From: Paraspadella gotoi
Lineage: Eukaryota > Animalia > Chaetognatha
Assembly: GCA_051294375.1 (NCBI GenBank)
Contig: CM119270.1
Span: forward strand, 15,870,081-15,934,080
DNA: 64,000 nucleotides
Reading direction: 5' to 3'
Part shown: one piece after another, positions 12,630 through 26,873 of the stretch
Numbering within the stretch: the stretch's first letter is position 1
Layout: every line of letters starts with the position of its first letter
Notes under the pieces: model-generated
The model's database searches: none
Told to the model about the DNA's origin: nothing
The model's input: the letters and a program-made list of their open reading frames with translations, nothing else
Made by a program: the position numbers and the translations under genes

Positions 12630-13900
12630 ACCATAGCTGGATCCTGTATCCAGAGTTTCCATTTTGTATTAAATGGAGGACGAATTTTATTGGTTGTTTC
12701 AACAAGGTGACAATCTATGTCAACATACTCGTAACATGTACATTGTTCTAATCCTGCGCAGGGTTTATACCTCTTTTACAAAAACCTGTGGCCCACACTT
12801 CTGTGAGCTGTAGCGCGCTATCTCGCGGCGAGGTTCCAGTTGTCATTTTGAGCGAGTGTGATCCTGGAACTGTGGGTTCCTTAAAAGAGAAAACATTAGG
12901 AAAACAAAACGAAAGAAATGTTGCTTATTGTTCAAGTAAAATGAAAATTTAATTTTCCAATTAATCACTCACTATCCCTCCCACAAAAATTTCATTATCG
13001 TCACTCCAACCATGACGAAACAAGTTTCCTTGCATACGGTAGAAATGGCAAGTTTTAATCTTTCCTTAACCAGTCTATTCATCCTGGTGTGTAAATACTT
13101 CAGAGCAATCATTTAAACGTAGTCTGGGCGAACAGTGTCCATTTCATGTCTCCCAGATGACTTCAACAGGAAGTCTTTGTCAATCAGACCAGAAAATGTG
13201 GAGAAATCCCTTTCTCTCACAAAAATTCTGTAAATATATTTGTTCGTTCCAGAAAATGTGGAGAATACCTTCCTCACAAAAATCTGTAAATATACCTTTT
13301 CATTCATCTTAAATAGAGAAATATGCCTTAGCACAGTAAGTTTAATCGAATCTAGTAACCAGACTCATCTTGTCTGGCGTAGTAGACGATCAGAGATCCA
13401 TAACTTCCACTTAACAATGGAAGGGGATTCTGCTTGTAACACTTTTATCTTTGTAAGAAACGGTCCGGCGTTCAGGCAACTGGATATCCTTATATTCATC
13501 TGTAATCTCTAAAACCTTTGTCCCGCGGAGATCTCCTCAGAAGACGAAATGAGCGCTTTTTCTTTATCATCATGCGCATATAGAAGAATTTTGATTGGAG
13601 ATTTTTATAAAGATGCAAATGCAGTAAATCACAACAGCAAGTGCAGTGAAGAATCACCGTGCGGTCATATAACACACAGGTATAAGAGACGCATTTTGAG
13701 CGTAGATTTGACCTTTCATTTTGAGTCGAGTTTTACGTCTAGCTAGACGCCCGATTTTAACATCAACCACCGGGTAGGTTGAGATCGGCATACAACCCAG
13801 AGGGTTGGTCCGCCCTGGACACTCGCCCAGTGGTAGCCTCAGTCGTAGACACCCCCAAATAGATTCTGAATTCCAACTTATATCTACTTTTTAAGTTTTG
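12630..13900 (-). pseudogene. Unidentified frameshifted, spliced coding-like region with a repeated KWKLWIxD motif
   Basis: Phase-0 intron 12880-12972 (gtgagt...ttttaag) joins ...CHFYRMQGNLFRHGWSDDNEIFVGGI to EPTVPGSHSL...; motifs KWKLWISD (13389-13412) and KWKLWIQD (12641-12664). Confidence 0.4.
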
Positions 13901-16900
13901 GCCAAGGGGCCTTTTTACCGCTCAAAGTACCTATTCATGACTTTCCCTTGTTACTAGAGAAAAACTTGAAAGTGGAACAATACCACCATGAGATTATATA
14001 TGACTAGGTTACAAAAACATTACCCGCAGTGGGTGCATCGCTAAGCACCCATCTCTGGCAACTACCTTGTTAGCTGATCCGCAGCATTCAAAACGAAGGA
14101 ATAAACGGACGGTATATCAAAATCTTAGAGAAGTGCTGTAACAAGTTCATTCTTCTTTCATCAGACAGAGTTCTTTCTGAGCATCCGTCAATAAAACATA
14201 ATCATCACTTCAATAGGGCACGAAGTACCCCAGTCCTAATATATATATTATCTATTGTTAATTTTTACGCATTTTCCCAACAATGACTTTAAACTAATAG
14301 TCCGTGGGTGGTATATAAGATCACGCAAATTCCGACTTTGAGAAAAGGAGAGTTTTTTAGAAACAACAGGTTGCATCTACTTGTGTTTAGTAAATTTCAC
14401 AAATGAATTATGATGTCATATTGGTTGTACAATTCATAGTATAATCTATGTATATATCACATATTGGATTAGGATATTCTAACATTTTATCATTTATTAG
14501 TATATTTTAATACTAAAATATTTCATTTACATACTTAACATATTTAAGTTTATTTATCATACATAGTTAGCATTGAGATGTTTTAATGTAACAGAACAAC
14601 TATGTAATATACAAGTTACAACTCTAAATTAGTTGCCCTATCTTATTTTAATTTAACAGTTAAATAATTTTAAATCAACTGTCAACTTCAGTTACTTCAT
14701 ATAAACTGTATCCAAATTTTAAGAATAATTGTTTTTTAGTTTATAGGTGGAAACCTTCACATTCACCATCTTCCAAAATCACATTTTATCTTAAAAATTT
14801 TAGATATAAATTACCTTCTAACAACATTTATAAAAGGTATGATAGATCACCTATTTAACAATCATTTAATAATAAAAATCAGAAAGAGTTCATTGAAATA
14901 AGTTGAATGAATTCAACAAAATTCATAGCAAAATGAATGATGCCAGTTTACCCTTATAAAGATTTTCTTTACAAAGAAAAGACACTTACATTAACGTTTA
15001 TCTTTGACATTTTTCTAAACCAACACATACATTAATATACTATATTATATAAAAATAATTTATATAAGAATTTGAATAAAACACATTTTTATCACTAACC
15101 GTTTTTATAATTTCACCCTGTATTCATTAAGGCGGATCAAAAGATGACACTTCTTCTGAATGTATAATCAACTGTCTATCATATACTTAATTATATTACT
15201 ATTATTTCTTTTAATATTAACACCAACGTTAAAATATTAATCATGCATAGGCAATAAAGATATGATCTTTTCAAAAAAAAAATCTTATATTATAGAATAA
15301 AAGAATTTACTTTTATATAATATATAATTAACTCCAATACAAAAATATAGATTAAAAATTACATTTTAACATTTATTTCTTTAAGGCCAGTAAAAACTTA
15401 TAGATAATATATAAACAAATAATCTGTCAGATTAAATCTTTATATAATTATATACTATATATAATGCATAGTTCAAAAATTATTTATTTTTAAACAATAT
15501 CCACATCTATTACTATAGATAAAATAATTATATATAAAATGATTTTAAAATATAATAATATTAAAAATCGCATGTTCTAAACCTAACTCACAATGGTAAA
15601 GCTTATCTTAAATAAATTGTCTAACTCAAACTATCATTCTTTCTGGCCATCTTGCTATTACCTATTACAATTTTATATCCTTCAAAATGTAACATCACTT
15701 ACTACGTTCACCTTACAATTACCGGTGTCAAAAAATTAAAATAGATCATTAAAGTGCGCATTTTTAAAAACAGCCCTACTAGTGACATAGTCTTTGATAT
15801 GATTGCATTTTAATGACATGTCATCGATTCTTTTAAAGTCATTTAAACTTTAAAGTTCATAAAAATCGTGCCGTCCGCTGCACCTTGTTCTCGGGAAAAG
15901 GGTGTCGCCGCCGCGCTTCCGCCGCGCTTCGCCGCATTCTCACCGATTGGCGAGGCAGAGGTTGACCGAATAACTCCGATAGACGGAAAGGGAGGCGTCG
16001 TCATCTCTTCTTCCAGCTGATCCTCCGATCGCAGCTGCTGCTGTTTCGATCCAGAAAGAACGAGCAACTTTTTCATTGACCACCGCTCGTCGGCCGCTGT
16101 CACGACGCTGCTTCTGCTTCTCGTGATTCTTGCACTGTAAAGTCGATCCTTGCTGCCGTGTTGCTTTCCTTGAAGCCTGGGAACCGAATCGTCGTAGTCG
16201 GCGAAGCCTGGCGGATCTTTGTCGGCCGGTTCGGTTGACGTCGCGTACCAAGGCTAGTATAGGAGGAAGTGCGACAAGGTTGAAGAACTCGTGAGAACCA
16301 CGATTGGGTGAGAGCGCAGGCTCCGCCTTGTGAGGAATTGAGGATGAGAATTTTTTTTGGAGACCTTTCCATTTGAATTTATGAGTCAATGTTGTGCGTG
16401 AAGACGACAAACTTTCTTTGTTTTTATTTTGCTGAATTTGAAGGAGTGATAATAATGAGGATTTGAGACTGAGACTGAGAACTGAGAGGAAGCGAAAAGA
16501 TTTATTTCATTTTCTTTCCTTTTTTTTCGTGTTTTCTTGTTTGCTGAAAATGATCGTCGTCGTCGTCTTAAAATATTCCATTCCATCCCATACCCGTTCT
16601 CGTGAAAAAAGGATCATAGCATCTTGCAGGAATCGAATTATGTTAATAATTTGTCTCTTAAACACGAAAGCGTGAGCTTCTTTTTCATAGAATCACGTTT
16701 ATAATTTTAACGGTAATTGTTGAAGTGAAACTTTAAAGGCCATCGTCGATGCATCGGAATGTCGTGAGTTGTTTATTTTTTCGATTTTCTAGCGTCATGC
16801 ATCCATCGAATTCAAGCAAGAATAACACGTAGATAGACCGAACGACCGATGCGGGTATCGGAATCTGTCGAGTCACGTTAAGCGTCGAAAATTAGTTCAA

Positions 16901-18439
16901 ACGACCGGATTTATTTAGAAAAGATTTGTTTATTTTACTTTTAGTTTAGAATTCAGTGTCGCAGAGAAAGACAGTTTAAACGGTCGTTCAAACGAAATTT
17001 TGACTAATGAAAATTAGTTCAATATCAGATCCGTGGGAAATTGTTCGACGATGAAAGTCGCAGGATCGAACCGGCGTGGAGGAATTCTTTTATCTTCTTA
17101 TCACCGTAGAGAGACAGACTCCACTTAGTTAAAAACAGTCCCATCCGTTTGGTAAATGACTTCCAAAGAAAAATAAATATTCCATTGATCGAGGCGTATA
17201 TTTGTCTTCGTTTCAACTTAAACTTCAACTTTCAGATCCTTTAAAATAATCACATCCATCGAAACGCTCTCCACCCTGCGTTAAAAAGAAAATCGGCCGC
17301 TATGAAGCTCCGGCAATAGAAAAACTAAGCGTGAAAAGGCGTAGTTCAGAATTCCGGCCATCGCGCGGTCGTTCGCGTTCAAAAGAAGGTTGTTGACGTC
17401 GAGGCCCGGCAAGAGAGAATTCACTCGTATAAATACGGGTCGGATTCTTCCGAAAAGCGGAGGCGACGTATCGTGAGAGAGAGAGTCTAGGAAAAAATAA
17501 AGGAAATCATTATTTCGTTGGCAAAAGAAGGCAAAATCTTCGGAGAGTATAACAAATAGAGAGACGTTCGCCGCGAAACACCGTCCACAAATTCAAGTTG
17601 AATCAAAAAAAATCCAAAAATCGTGCTATCGCCGGCAAGAAGAAAATGCGAAAATTCGCAGCTTTCAAAATCTCCAGGCGACAAAAAAATTATTCTCGAA
17701 GTGACGGAGAAGCGACAACGTTAGTAAAATTAGACAGTCCGTTTTTTTGATATTGGAGGCTTCGGGACCCTCCGAAACGTGTAAAAAAAAATATAATAAT
17801 AAAAAATCGAAGGGTCAATATTTATTTAAAAAAATATTCTGCCCTACATTCGACAAACTCATATATATAGCGACGAGAGAATTTCTATAGCGCATTCTCG
17901 TCAATATGCAGGGGAAACCAGGTTATCCTCTAACCCAATTTATTTTTTTCATACGATTAACGTCTAGTCGACGTCGCTTCACGTGAAGCGAAGGGTCGAG
18001 TTAACATCTACACGCGCAATGTGAGACTTTACCCGGGAATACCCACTTAAATACTTAATTATCCACTTAAATATACATATAATAATCACACACCCCACCC
18101 CACTTAAGTAGCGGTAGCGCACCAGAAAACGTGGGGACGAACAAACCCGGATGCCACCATGTCACTATACTCTAGCTACGAGATAGTTTTCTGACGAAAT
18201 CTCTTGGCCTATAAAAACACAGGGGTTGGTTAATATCTATTGTAATATATATAAGGTAAACCAAATACAAATACACCCAAAGAGAAACGTTTCCTTCGGA
18301 GCCACGGCTAAAACTACCAAGATTTCGCGACAGAATCGACGAAAGTACATTGTTTACATTTTACAAAAGAAAGAAAAGTGGTCATTTCTAAAAACACTGG
18401 GCCGAGATTTCTTTGGGTTGCACCAGAGTATTCTGACAC

Positions 18440-18885
18440 TCTCACTCTCTTTCTCTCTCTACCCTCTCTCTTTACCCTCTCACTCTCTTTCTCTTCTCTA
18501 CCTCCTCTTTACCTCTCACTCTATTTTTTCTACCCTCTCTTCTTTACCCCTTCACTCTCTTTCTCTCTCTACCTCTCTCTTTACCCTCCACTCCTCTTTC
18601 TCTCTCTACCTTCTTTACCTCTCACTCTCTTTCTCTCTCTACCCCTCTCTTTACCCTCTCACTCTCTTTCTCTCTAACCTCTCTCTTTACCCTCACCTCT
18701 CTTTCTCTCTCTAACCCTCTCTCTTTACCTCTCACTCTCTGTCTCTCTTACCCTCTCTCTTTACCCTCTCACTCTTTTCTCTCTACCTCTCTCTTTACCC
18801 TCTCACTTCTTTTCTCTCTACCTCTCTCTTACCCTCTCACTTCTTTCTCTCTCTACCCTCTCTCTTTCCCTCTCACTCTCTTTCT
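18440..18885. repeat. CT-rich minisatellite of about 36-38 bp
   Basis: Same unit as 2040-3660. Confidence 0.9.
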
Positions 18886-19824
18886 CGTGACAGCGTCTGT
18901 AATCAATGTTTTGGTTTTGGCTCTTGAGGCTTTCTGCGATTAAAATCAAATAACCAAACAAAAAGTTTCCCGCAAAATAATAATATAAAAAAACATAACA
19001 ATTGTTATCATTTTTTTCCTATTTTTTTTTTTTTCTCGCTATTTTTTTGTTTGCAGAAACGAAATGGAACATAAAAATCCAGAAGAAAAAAGAATGACCG
19101 AACTAATGGCATTTTTTTTTTATTCAACCGAATTCATTCATTTCCAGTGAATAAATATTTTTATATTTATGAAGACTTAAAAATATCATCATCTTATGCA
19201 AATAAGCTGGTCAACAAGGAGAGAAAAGAGGAAAAATAGGATTCATAAAAGTTTTTTAAAATTCATTTCTCATTTTTTTAAAAAATAATTTTCTCTCAAG
19301 AGATTTTTCTTTCTGTCCTTTCATCTTTCTGGTCTTAGTATCATTCCCCTTCTTATTTCTTTCTTTTTTCTTCTTTCTTTTTACACTTTGTCTCGTCGGT
19401 CGATTTAATAAATCATAAAAATCTGACAGAAAACTTTTATTCCTCTCATCAACTTCACTCCTGGAAAAAATCGATGTTTGTTTTTAAAGTTCGCCAACTT
19501 TTTTTAAAAACTTAATCTCTTTATAATTTTGCATCATTTTCTTCCTTAAACGTACGATGGTTTTATTGTCCGGGTATTATTATGTCAGTCTGTCGCCTGT
19601 CTATTTTTCTGCCGGTTCACTTCTCGATTCCATATTGCGTTCCACCTCTGCCTGTTAGCTATTAAAACCTGCAGCTGAAATAGTTTTATTAGTTAGTTTA
19701 ACCCTTACATTCCAACGACCCTCGACTAAAATTGTTTTCCACTTGCCCACTTCTCAGTGTCCCCCATTATAACTTAAACCTCCCCACTTCCCCTTGACCC
19801 AAACCCGACCCCTTACCCACCCAG

Positions 19825-20294
19825 AGATGCAAGAGGCAACCTACTTCTTCAGACTGCGCGCGAAGGCGACAACGTTCTCTTCGCCTGCGACGAGGAAAAG
19901 CGGACCGTCAAGCTTTGGATCCTCGCCATCTATCGGGCGACGGGGCAAATCCACAAAAACCGCTCCGCCCCCGACGGCCAATTCGCAGCTCTCCGGCTGC
20001 AGGGGTGGAGTGTTTAGAGTTAGGTGAGGGAGAGAATATCGGTTTTGAGGAAAGCCAATGAAGCAGATTCACGATAGAGAGATTGATCGAGAAACCATCG
20101 ACTCTTCATCTCTTACTCTCTCGACTTACCTGACCTTACCCACTCATCAGATTCGAAACAAAAAAAAGAGCGAAAAACACGGATGGACGAGTACATCCTC
20201 GCGAACCCGCCAAGTTCGATCACCACGATCTCTTTCGGACGGCTGCAGAGCCTCACCCTCGACGTCAGACTCGCCGACGCCTTTTTGTTCGATG
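19825..20294 (+). pseudogene. CADPS: Second, indel-riddled copy of the two CADPS exons (probably a redundant noisy assembly copy)
   Basis: Near-identical to 6506-6964 including the intron, but with many 1-bp indels that break the frame. Confidence 0.8.
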
Positions 20295-21798
20295 GTAAGT
20301 TCGACGAGTGAGATCCGGATTAAGCCTCCACCTCTTTCCATTTCAATCGGATTAATATTTCGAGAGTTGGAAAATGTCTGAGGATGATTTTTTTTAGTTG
20401 GACCGCAGTACTCGCGGAGCAACTCTATAAGTTCATTTTGGTTCGGTATGTCGGTCGGTCGGTATGGTCGGTTGGTATGGATGACCGTCGGTTGTCCACT
20501 TGATGTTAAAATGCAATAATCTCCCTTATAGTTAGTTTCTCATTTGTTAAGACAGAAAAAAACCTCAAATCAAAAGGACTGCAAGCGCCGCATTCAGAAA
20601 ATCCTAAAAACTGTAAAGAATAAAGACTCGGCAAGTCTTAAATACAAGGGCTAAGAAGTTTTTTACTCATTTTATGTCATGTCATTGTCATTTCATTCAT
20701 GTGAATCAAAAAGGAAATACACGTGAACAATAAAGTCGCTGCGGCGCAAACTCATAATAGGAATCACCGTTCTGTTTTTTTTTTTTCGTTTTGAGATACG
20801 CAGATACTTTTTTGTACTGACTTGGGTGGGGAAAAACAAATCGGACAGATAGAGCAGAGACAGACAGACGGACAGACGGACATCGGTCGACGTGGGAGTT
20901 GATGTCTAAATTTCACTACAGCCACATACAGATGCTTCGTTCTCCGACGCAATCCTTCAATATCTTAATCATCTTGGTTGTCGGCGCCAGCGGACCCCAC
21001 GGTTCGGCCAGCGGACCGCGGTTGTCCATCGCGCTTTCTTTTATGAAAATATTAATTTGCTGTTGACTGGTTTGACTTTCAATGTCTTTGACATTGAGAT
21101 GGCAGATGGTTCAAAAACTTGGAAGGCGGAACTTTAGACAACCACCTGGGATATTTGATCAACCATACAGATAAACTGGTATACATTGAAACAGCGAGCC
21201 TCATTCAGCATTTGGATTAATATTTATATAATATAATATAATATATAATATTTTGCCGTACAATTGTAAAACAATGAGTTAACACATATAAGATGTGTTT
21301 GTAATACTGATTCGATTAATTCGTTGATACAATGACATATATCACCATGTATGAAACACCGATAATAAAAATGGATGGATTGGAGAGAGATAGAAAGAGG
21401 AAAGAGGAAAAGACGATGAGAAGAGAAGAAGATGAGGAGGAGAAGGAGGAAGAGGAGGAAAAGTAGAGGAAGGGAAGGACAAAAGGGAAAGAAAGAAGGA
21501 GGAAAGGGCAAGGGATAAATAAAAAATACGAACAAGATCGACCCGCGATGGATATATAATTTTAATGAATTACAGTGCGACCCCCTACAAAAGTTAAAAC
21601 CAAATCGAAAGGAATTTTTTTCAATTTTTTTTTTTTTTTTTTTTTTTTTTAGCAAAACGTGACTTTAGCCTTATTCGCTAGAAATGAAGCATAAAAATTT
21701 GAGAAAACCTTGATTTTCATAATAGGAGAAACACCATCCATATATTACCAAATAATTTTCTGTTCTTTCGCCAAACCGAGAAATTGGAAAAAATTTCG

Positions 21799-23276
21799 TT
21801 ACGATCGTGACTCTTAAATTGAAAGCCTTGGAGATCGTGGATTTTGTTTCCTTTGAAGATTTTGGGAAATTTGTTCGAAATCAAAACGGAGCCGAGTTCT
21901 TCCGCGTCAGGTGTTTTTCCCATCTCAAACGTCCCAAGCGGCGTCGACGTTGTCCTCCCTGCTCCGCCGGCCGCTTCCGCTGCACGGCTGACGTATCCGC
22001 CGCAGCGTCTGAAAAACTCTTTCGCGTTCGGAGCTGCTTTGTTATTCCGCGGTGACGGCCTGCAAAGGACGCAGAGGACGCCCGGCCGCGCGTCGGCTCC
22101 GCGCGTCGTCGGCGTCGTTCGGCGCGCCGCAGAGTCCGGGGCGTCCTCTGGGGCTGTCGGCGGGACGAAGTCGCCAACTGCGGCGTCGTTGTTGCAGTCG
22201 TTGTCGTTGTTGTCGTCCGCAATGAAAAGGTGGGACCTCCGTTTCTTTGTGAACGGACGGCGAAGGTTCCGGTTCGTGATCGTCCCTGTGAAACCAATCA
22301 CGGTTATTTTACTAATGACCCTTCGATGAGAATTTAAAATAATTTAAAAATCAAGTGATTAATCCGTTTTAAAGAGCTTTTCGATGCAAGAGCTGGAGAA
22401 ACACCCCCCCCCCGCATGCAATATAGGACGTAGACTGCAGAGGCGAAAGAAGAGGAAAGAATTCTATACTGAAAATTTCTCTTCCGTTAAGCAAAAAAAA
22501 AAAAATTTTAAAAAGAAAAAAAAAACGAACGAAACGAAATTTCCCGAAAACGCGTCCCCCCCTCTTCCGATATCACCCACCCCCTACTCCTTCACCCCCC
22601 CACCCCCTTCCATAAAAAAAACTGTTGACGCGCAAAAAAGTCGTAAAGTTTAGACGATCGGCTTTTCGCACCTGCCGATGCATTAAAGAGCAGGTTTGCC
22701 ATCTGCGCTAACAGGTTTAAATATCAGAGAGGGTGATATACGGGTGATATCCCAGTCAAAAAGCCTAAAAAGGTTATGATTTAGGTTAAATTGTACAAGA
22801 TTAGAAAGGGATTTAAATTAATAAATTAGCTGTTTGTGGACGGGAAAAGGTGACGTCTAAACTGACGATTCATGTGGAGATTAAGGAGACAAAGCCTCTT
22901 GTTGCGGTCACCTATGCTGATGAGTTCCGTCAATAAAAAATCTTTCACGTCTCATAAGAAATCATCATCTTTTTCGGTCGCCATGGACGATAAACATCTC
23001 GCTTCTGCCCAATTCTCCTCAAACATAATACATATAAACCTACATATGAATACACAATGCAAATAACTACATACGCATATCTACAATATAAAAACTAAAA
23101 CTACATATAAAACACTTCCTGTGAATTTGGCAATTCCCATTCAGCCCTTTTCGGAGGTCGTTGCCTCATTTGCAATACTTGGTTTGATTAACGGATTCTT
23201 TACAGTTTCTTCACCACTTTTCTCTCTCTCTCTATCTCTCTCTCTACTTCTCTCTCTCTCTCTCTCTCTCTCGTCT

Positions 23277-23315
<39 letters not shown>

Positions 23316-23453
23316 ATCCAACCTGCATCTTGAGGCCTGACCGAGTGCGAGATCTCATTCAACTTCAGAGGGAGAAGAATTTGTACGGCCCTTGCCACGC
23401 CCCCCACGCGAGGACTGGACATCCGGGCGCCGCTTGCAGACCCGAGGGAATCG
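21799..23453 (-). CDS. ECT2: ECT2-like RhoGEF, last three exons (23323-23453, 22912-23004, 21799-22285), noisy copy contiguous with the DH exons
   Basis: Indel-rich copy of 8453-10104 with the same splice sites. Confidence 0.75.
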
Positions 23454-24597
23454 CTGAGAGAGAGGAGGCGAGGAGGAAGGAGGAGGAGAAGGAGGAGGAG
23501 GAGGAGGAGAAAGGGAAAAAAGGAAACAGTTGAAGAAAAGGAGAAAAGAAAATAATGAGTGACAAGAAATAAATAATGAAGAAAACAGATGATGCGATAA
23601 GTCGGCATCGGATGAGAGAGAAACAATTGATACAGGATGGTGAAAGGAGAGGAGAAAAAATGGGGAGAGGGATACGAGAGAGAAAGGATGTCATAGGGAA
23701 AAGGGTTGCGGGGGATTTTAGAAATTCATTGGTTTTCGGGGTTTCCTAGACTTTAGATTTGGAGATATTCGAGGTTTCGGAACCTTAGGGTTTTTTGGGA
23801 TCTCGGTGTTTGGGCTTCGGGGTTTTGGAATCTCAGGGTTTCAGGGTTCGGGACCTTTGGGTTTCAGAATCTCAGGGTTTTCAGGGTTTGATCAGGAGTT
23901 TGGGGTTATGGGTTTCGGAATTTCAGGGTTTCGGATTCCTGGGGTTTGAGTGTTCGGGTTTCAGAACCTCGGGGTTTGGAATATCGCGGTTTTGGGTTTT
24001 GGAATCTCAAGGTTTGGGGGACTGCCATCTCCGTTTTCCGATTTCTCTGGCTCAAACTCAATTTCGATAAAAAACAGATTTCGTCCCTGGGAATTTACCC
24101 CCGAGGTCGGTCCTTTTTCGTCGTCGTCTCCGTTTTGTCGTCGTCGTCTCGTCGTCGTCTCGGCTCGTGTTCTTCTGTTGTCGTTGTTATCGTTGTTGTC
24201 GTTATCGGGTATTTTTTCCTCACTGTCGTTTGATTTTTTTCGCCATCGTCTTTGTCTTCTGCATTTTGGTCATCAGACTTTTTATGAAGCAGAATTAGTT
24301 CTTATTCAGGACAATTACGTCGTCGTACGTCATCGTCTGTGCGTCGTGTCGTCGTTCTTCGTCGTTCGCGTGTCTATAAATCTCGCTCATCGTCTGTGGT
24401 CGTCTCTGTCGTTCATTCGTCGTCGTGCAATCATCGTCGTCGTCCTCGTAAGTTATCGTCTTGTGTCTTCGTTCCAATCTCACTCCTGATCCGCGTCTCG
24501 ATTTTCCTTAAGAACGAAAATCATAGAGAATCTTTATCGTCTTTTTTCTTCGTCGATGTCATTGATCAGTCCCGCGACTCGTCCGCCTCTGCAGGGA

Positions 24598-24870
24598 TTT
24601 ATCGTTGCATTATGACAAGGTTGCGAATGGTCATTATTATCGTTTTGTCATTGATGACAAGGTTGCGGATGTTCAATTATTATCGTTTGTCATTGATGAA
24701 CAAGGTTGCGTATGGCATTATTATCGTTTGTCATTGATGACAAGGTTGCGGATTGCATTATTATCGTTTGTCATTGATGACAAGGTTGCGTATGGCATTA
24801 TTATCGNNNNNNNNNNNNNNNNNNNNNNNNNTTTGTCATTGATGACAAGGTTGCGGATGGCATTATTATC
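24598..24870. repeat. 40-bp tandem repeat with an internal palindrome, interrupted by a 25-N gap
   Basis: ttatcgtttgtcattgatgacaaggttgcggatggcatta, with units at 24721 and 24761. Confidence 0.9.
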
Positions 24871-25319
24871 GCGTTTTTAGTTTTGACAGTCAGTTTCATC
24901 TCGGTGGTCTTTTTTTTTTTAAATTGTTGATTCATGATCATTGTTGTCTTTAAATTTATTTTAGTATATTAAAAGTTTTCTAAGAACGTTAAGTTGATTA
25001 ACTGACATTTTTATTTTCGTATTGTTGTTAACTTTCTCACGTTTTCGTCGAGTTTATCCATTAGAGATTATAAATAAATTAAAAAGAAAAATTAATGAAT
25101 AAAATTAATGATACCAGACTAATTAATTCTTCTAACGCCCGAGAAAGTCAGTTCGTCAAAATATCCCTCTCAACCACAATATCGTACGATGACCGCGTCA
25201 GCGACATTGTCATTGTCATCCAACTAATTGGCATTGTTGATTGATATCCAAATCATTGTCGATGCCATCCAAGTCTTAACTATTGCCATTGCCATTGAAG
25301 TCCTTGCCATCGAAATCAT

Positions 25320-25562
25320 CGTCTTCTAAGTCATTGTCATTATCATGGTCGTTATCATTATCATTGTCAATGTCTTTATCATTGTCTTCATCATTGTGAA
25401 TGTCTTTATCATTTTCAATGTCATTCTCATTGTCATTGTCGATGTCTTTATCATTGTCATTATCATTGTCTTCATCATTGTCACAGTCTTTATCATTGTC
25501 AATGTCATTATCATAGTCATTATCAATGTCAAAATTCGTCATTATCATCGTCATTATCATAG
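25320..25562. repeat. (ATC/GTC/ATT)n degenerate trinucleotide repeat
   Basis: tcattgtcattatc runs. Confidence 0.85.
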
Positions 25563-25605
25563 TCATAAATCAAGCCACAAAAAAAAATAGCAATCTGCTT
25601 CTCAC

Positions 25606-25688
25606 TTGAATAAGAAGAGCGTGAGATTTTCTCCGGCGGAGAAGCCGTCCCCCATTTCCGTCACGTCCAGACTTCCACTCAACGACCG
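25606..25688 (-). CDS. ECT2: ECT2-like RhoGEF, PH domain exon 1
   Basis: RSLSGSLDVTEMGDGFSAGENLTLFLF(N) resembles recalled RSLVQRVETISLGEHPCDRGEQVTLFLFN; 83 nt, phase 0 to 2. Confidence 0.88.
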
Positions 25689-25731
25689 CTGAGCGGAGAA
25701 AAAAAGATGGCGGAACGATTCAAGAGTCGGA

Positions 25732-25770
<39 letters not shown>

Positions 25771-25829
25771 CTCCTCTCACTCTCTCTGTCTCCCACCAAT
25801 TATCTCCGGCGTTCCTTGAGTGTGTGTGC

Positions 25830-25879
<50 letters not shown>

Positions 25880-26182
25880 CCAAAATGTCACACGATGACA
25901 TTCGCATCGACGTTTAATTAATTCTGAATAGAAAACATTTCATACGCTTTATGCTTACCTGCTAATCTGTTATAATTATTGTTTGTTTTTTTTTGCTTCT
26001 TGGCATAAGATTGTTTTACGTATGAGTTCACAATATAACCGATTTTAATCAAAAATAAAATCCTTTTTTCTCTTTTATTTTCCTCTTAACCCCTAACTCC
26101 TTCCTGTCCCACCCCCTCTCTCTCTCTCCCCACCCTCCCCCCTTTTGGAAGTGTCCGTTTCTTTCCCTGTTTTAATTAAAAC

Positions 26183-26346
26183 CTGCGAGGACAGAAGCGA
26201 CGGCGGGCAATTTTCAATCTTGTTCAGGATGTCGAACATTCCTATGAGGCCCTCCGTCGTTCGCTTGGCCTCGTTTATGCTCGACACGGTCCTTTTAAGA
26301 GACTCCAAGGCTTTTTCCAGGGGCTCGTGGTCGGGCGACGATTCGT
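26183..26346 (-). CDS. ECT2: ECT2-like RhoGEF, DH end / PH linker exon
   Basis: DESSPDHEPLEKALESLKRTVSSINEAKRTTEGLIGMFDILNKIENCPPSLLSSQ resembles recalled DENPDKSTLEKAIGSLKEVMTHINEDKRKTEAQKQIFDVVYEVDGCPANLLSSH. Confidence 0.93.
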
Positions 26347-26658
26347 CTTAATCATGAATGAGAGAATCGTTTGATTGAACGTACAATATAATTTTTTTTT
26401 TTTTTTTAGAGAATTGTAACAACGAAAAAGAAAGGATTACTTCAATATGGCTAAAGGATTACTTCAATTTTTTTTTTAAATTCATTGTCTTCTCTTTCTG
26501 TATTATACTTTTATATATTTCTATTACAATCTTTTTTTTTCTCTCCTCTCTCTTTCTCTCTTGCCTTCTTTATCTCTCTCTCTCTTTTTACGTGATTAAA
26601 AAGGAATAAAAAAACGATAAGAGCAAAGCTAACCACTAACCAATCTGGCAACCGTCAA

Positions 26659-26732
<74 letters not shown>

Positions 26733-26749
26733 TCTCTCTCTCCCTCTAC

Positions 26750-26873
26750 CTGTTCTCCGGATCAAATCTGCAGCAGCAGCAGGGACGGCAGGCGCTTGCA
26801 CCGGAGCGAATCATCAGCGCCATCAAGTTTTGCTTCTTGGCTTCCGTTTTTCCGTCAACTCTTTTAGTTTCTC
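26750..26873 (-). CDS. ECT2: ECT2-like RhoGEF, DH domain exon 3 (compensating indels, likely sequencing errors)
   Basis: With frame corrections reads EKLKEL..KTEAKKQNLMALMI.PVQRLPSLLLL.DLIRRT, containing the DH hallmark PVQRLP. The 124-nt length fits the flanking phases. Confidence 0.85.

Larger units (their letters stand above)
18840..24630 (+). repeat. Direct duplicate of 5538-11197
   Basis: Colinear near-identity, differing mostly by 1-bp indels. Confidence 0.95.

Noticed and set aside
13189-13295. Tandem duplication of about 60 bp in the unknown coding region
   Set aside because: Copies differ by indels, so it is most likely a consensus artefact.
25276-25590. Asp/Asn-rich ORF (DNDNDKD...)
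   Set aside because: Intronic trinucleotide repeat, open in several frames for compositional reasons.
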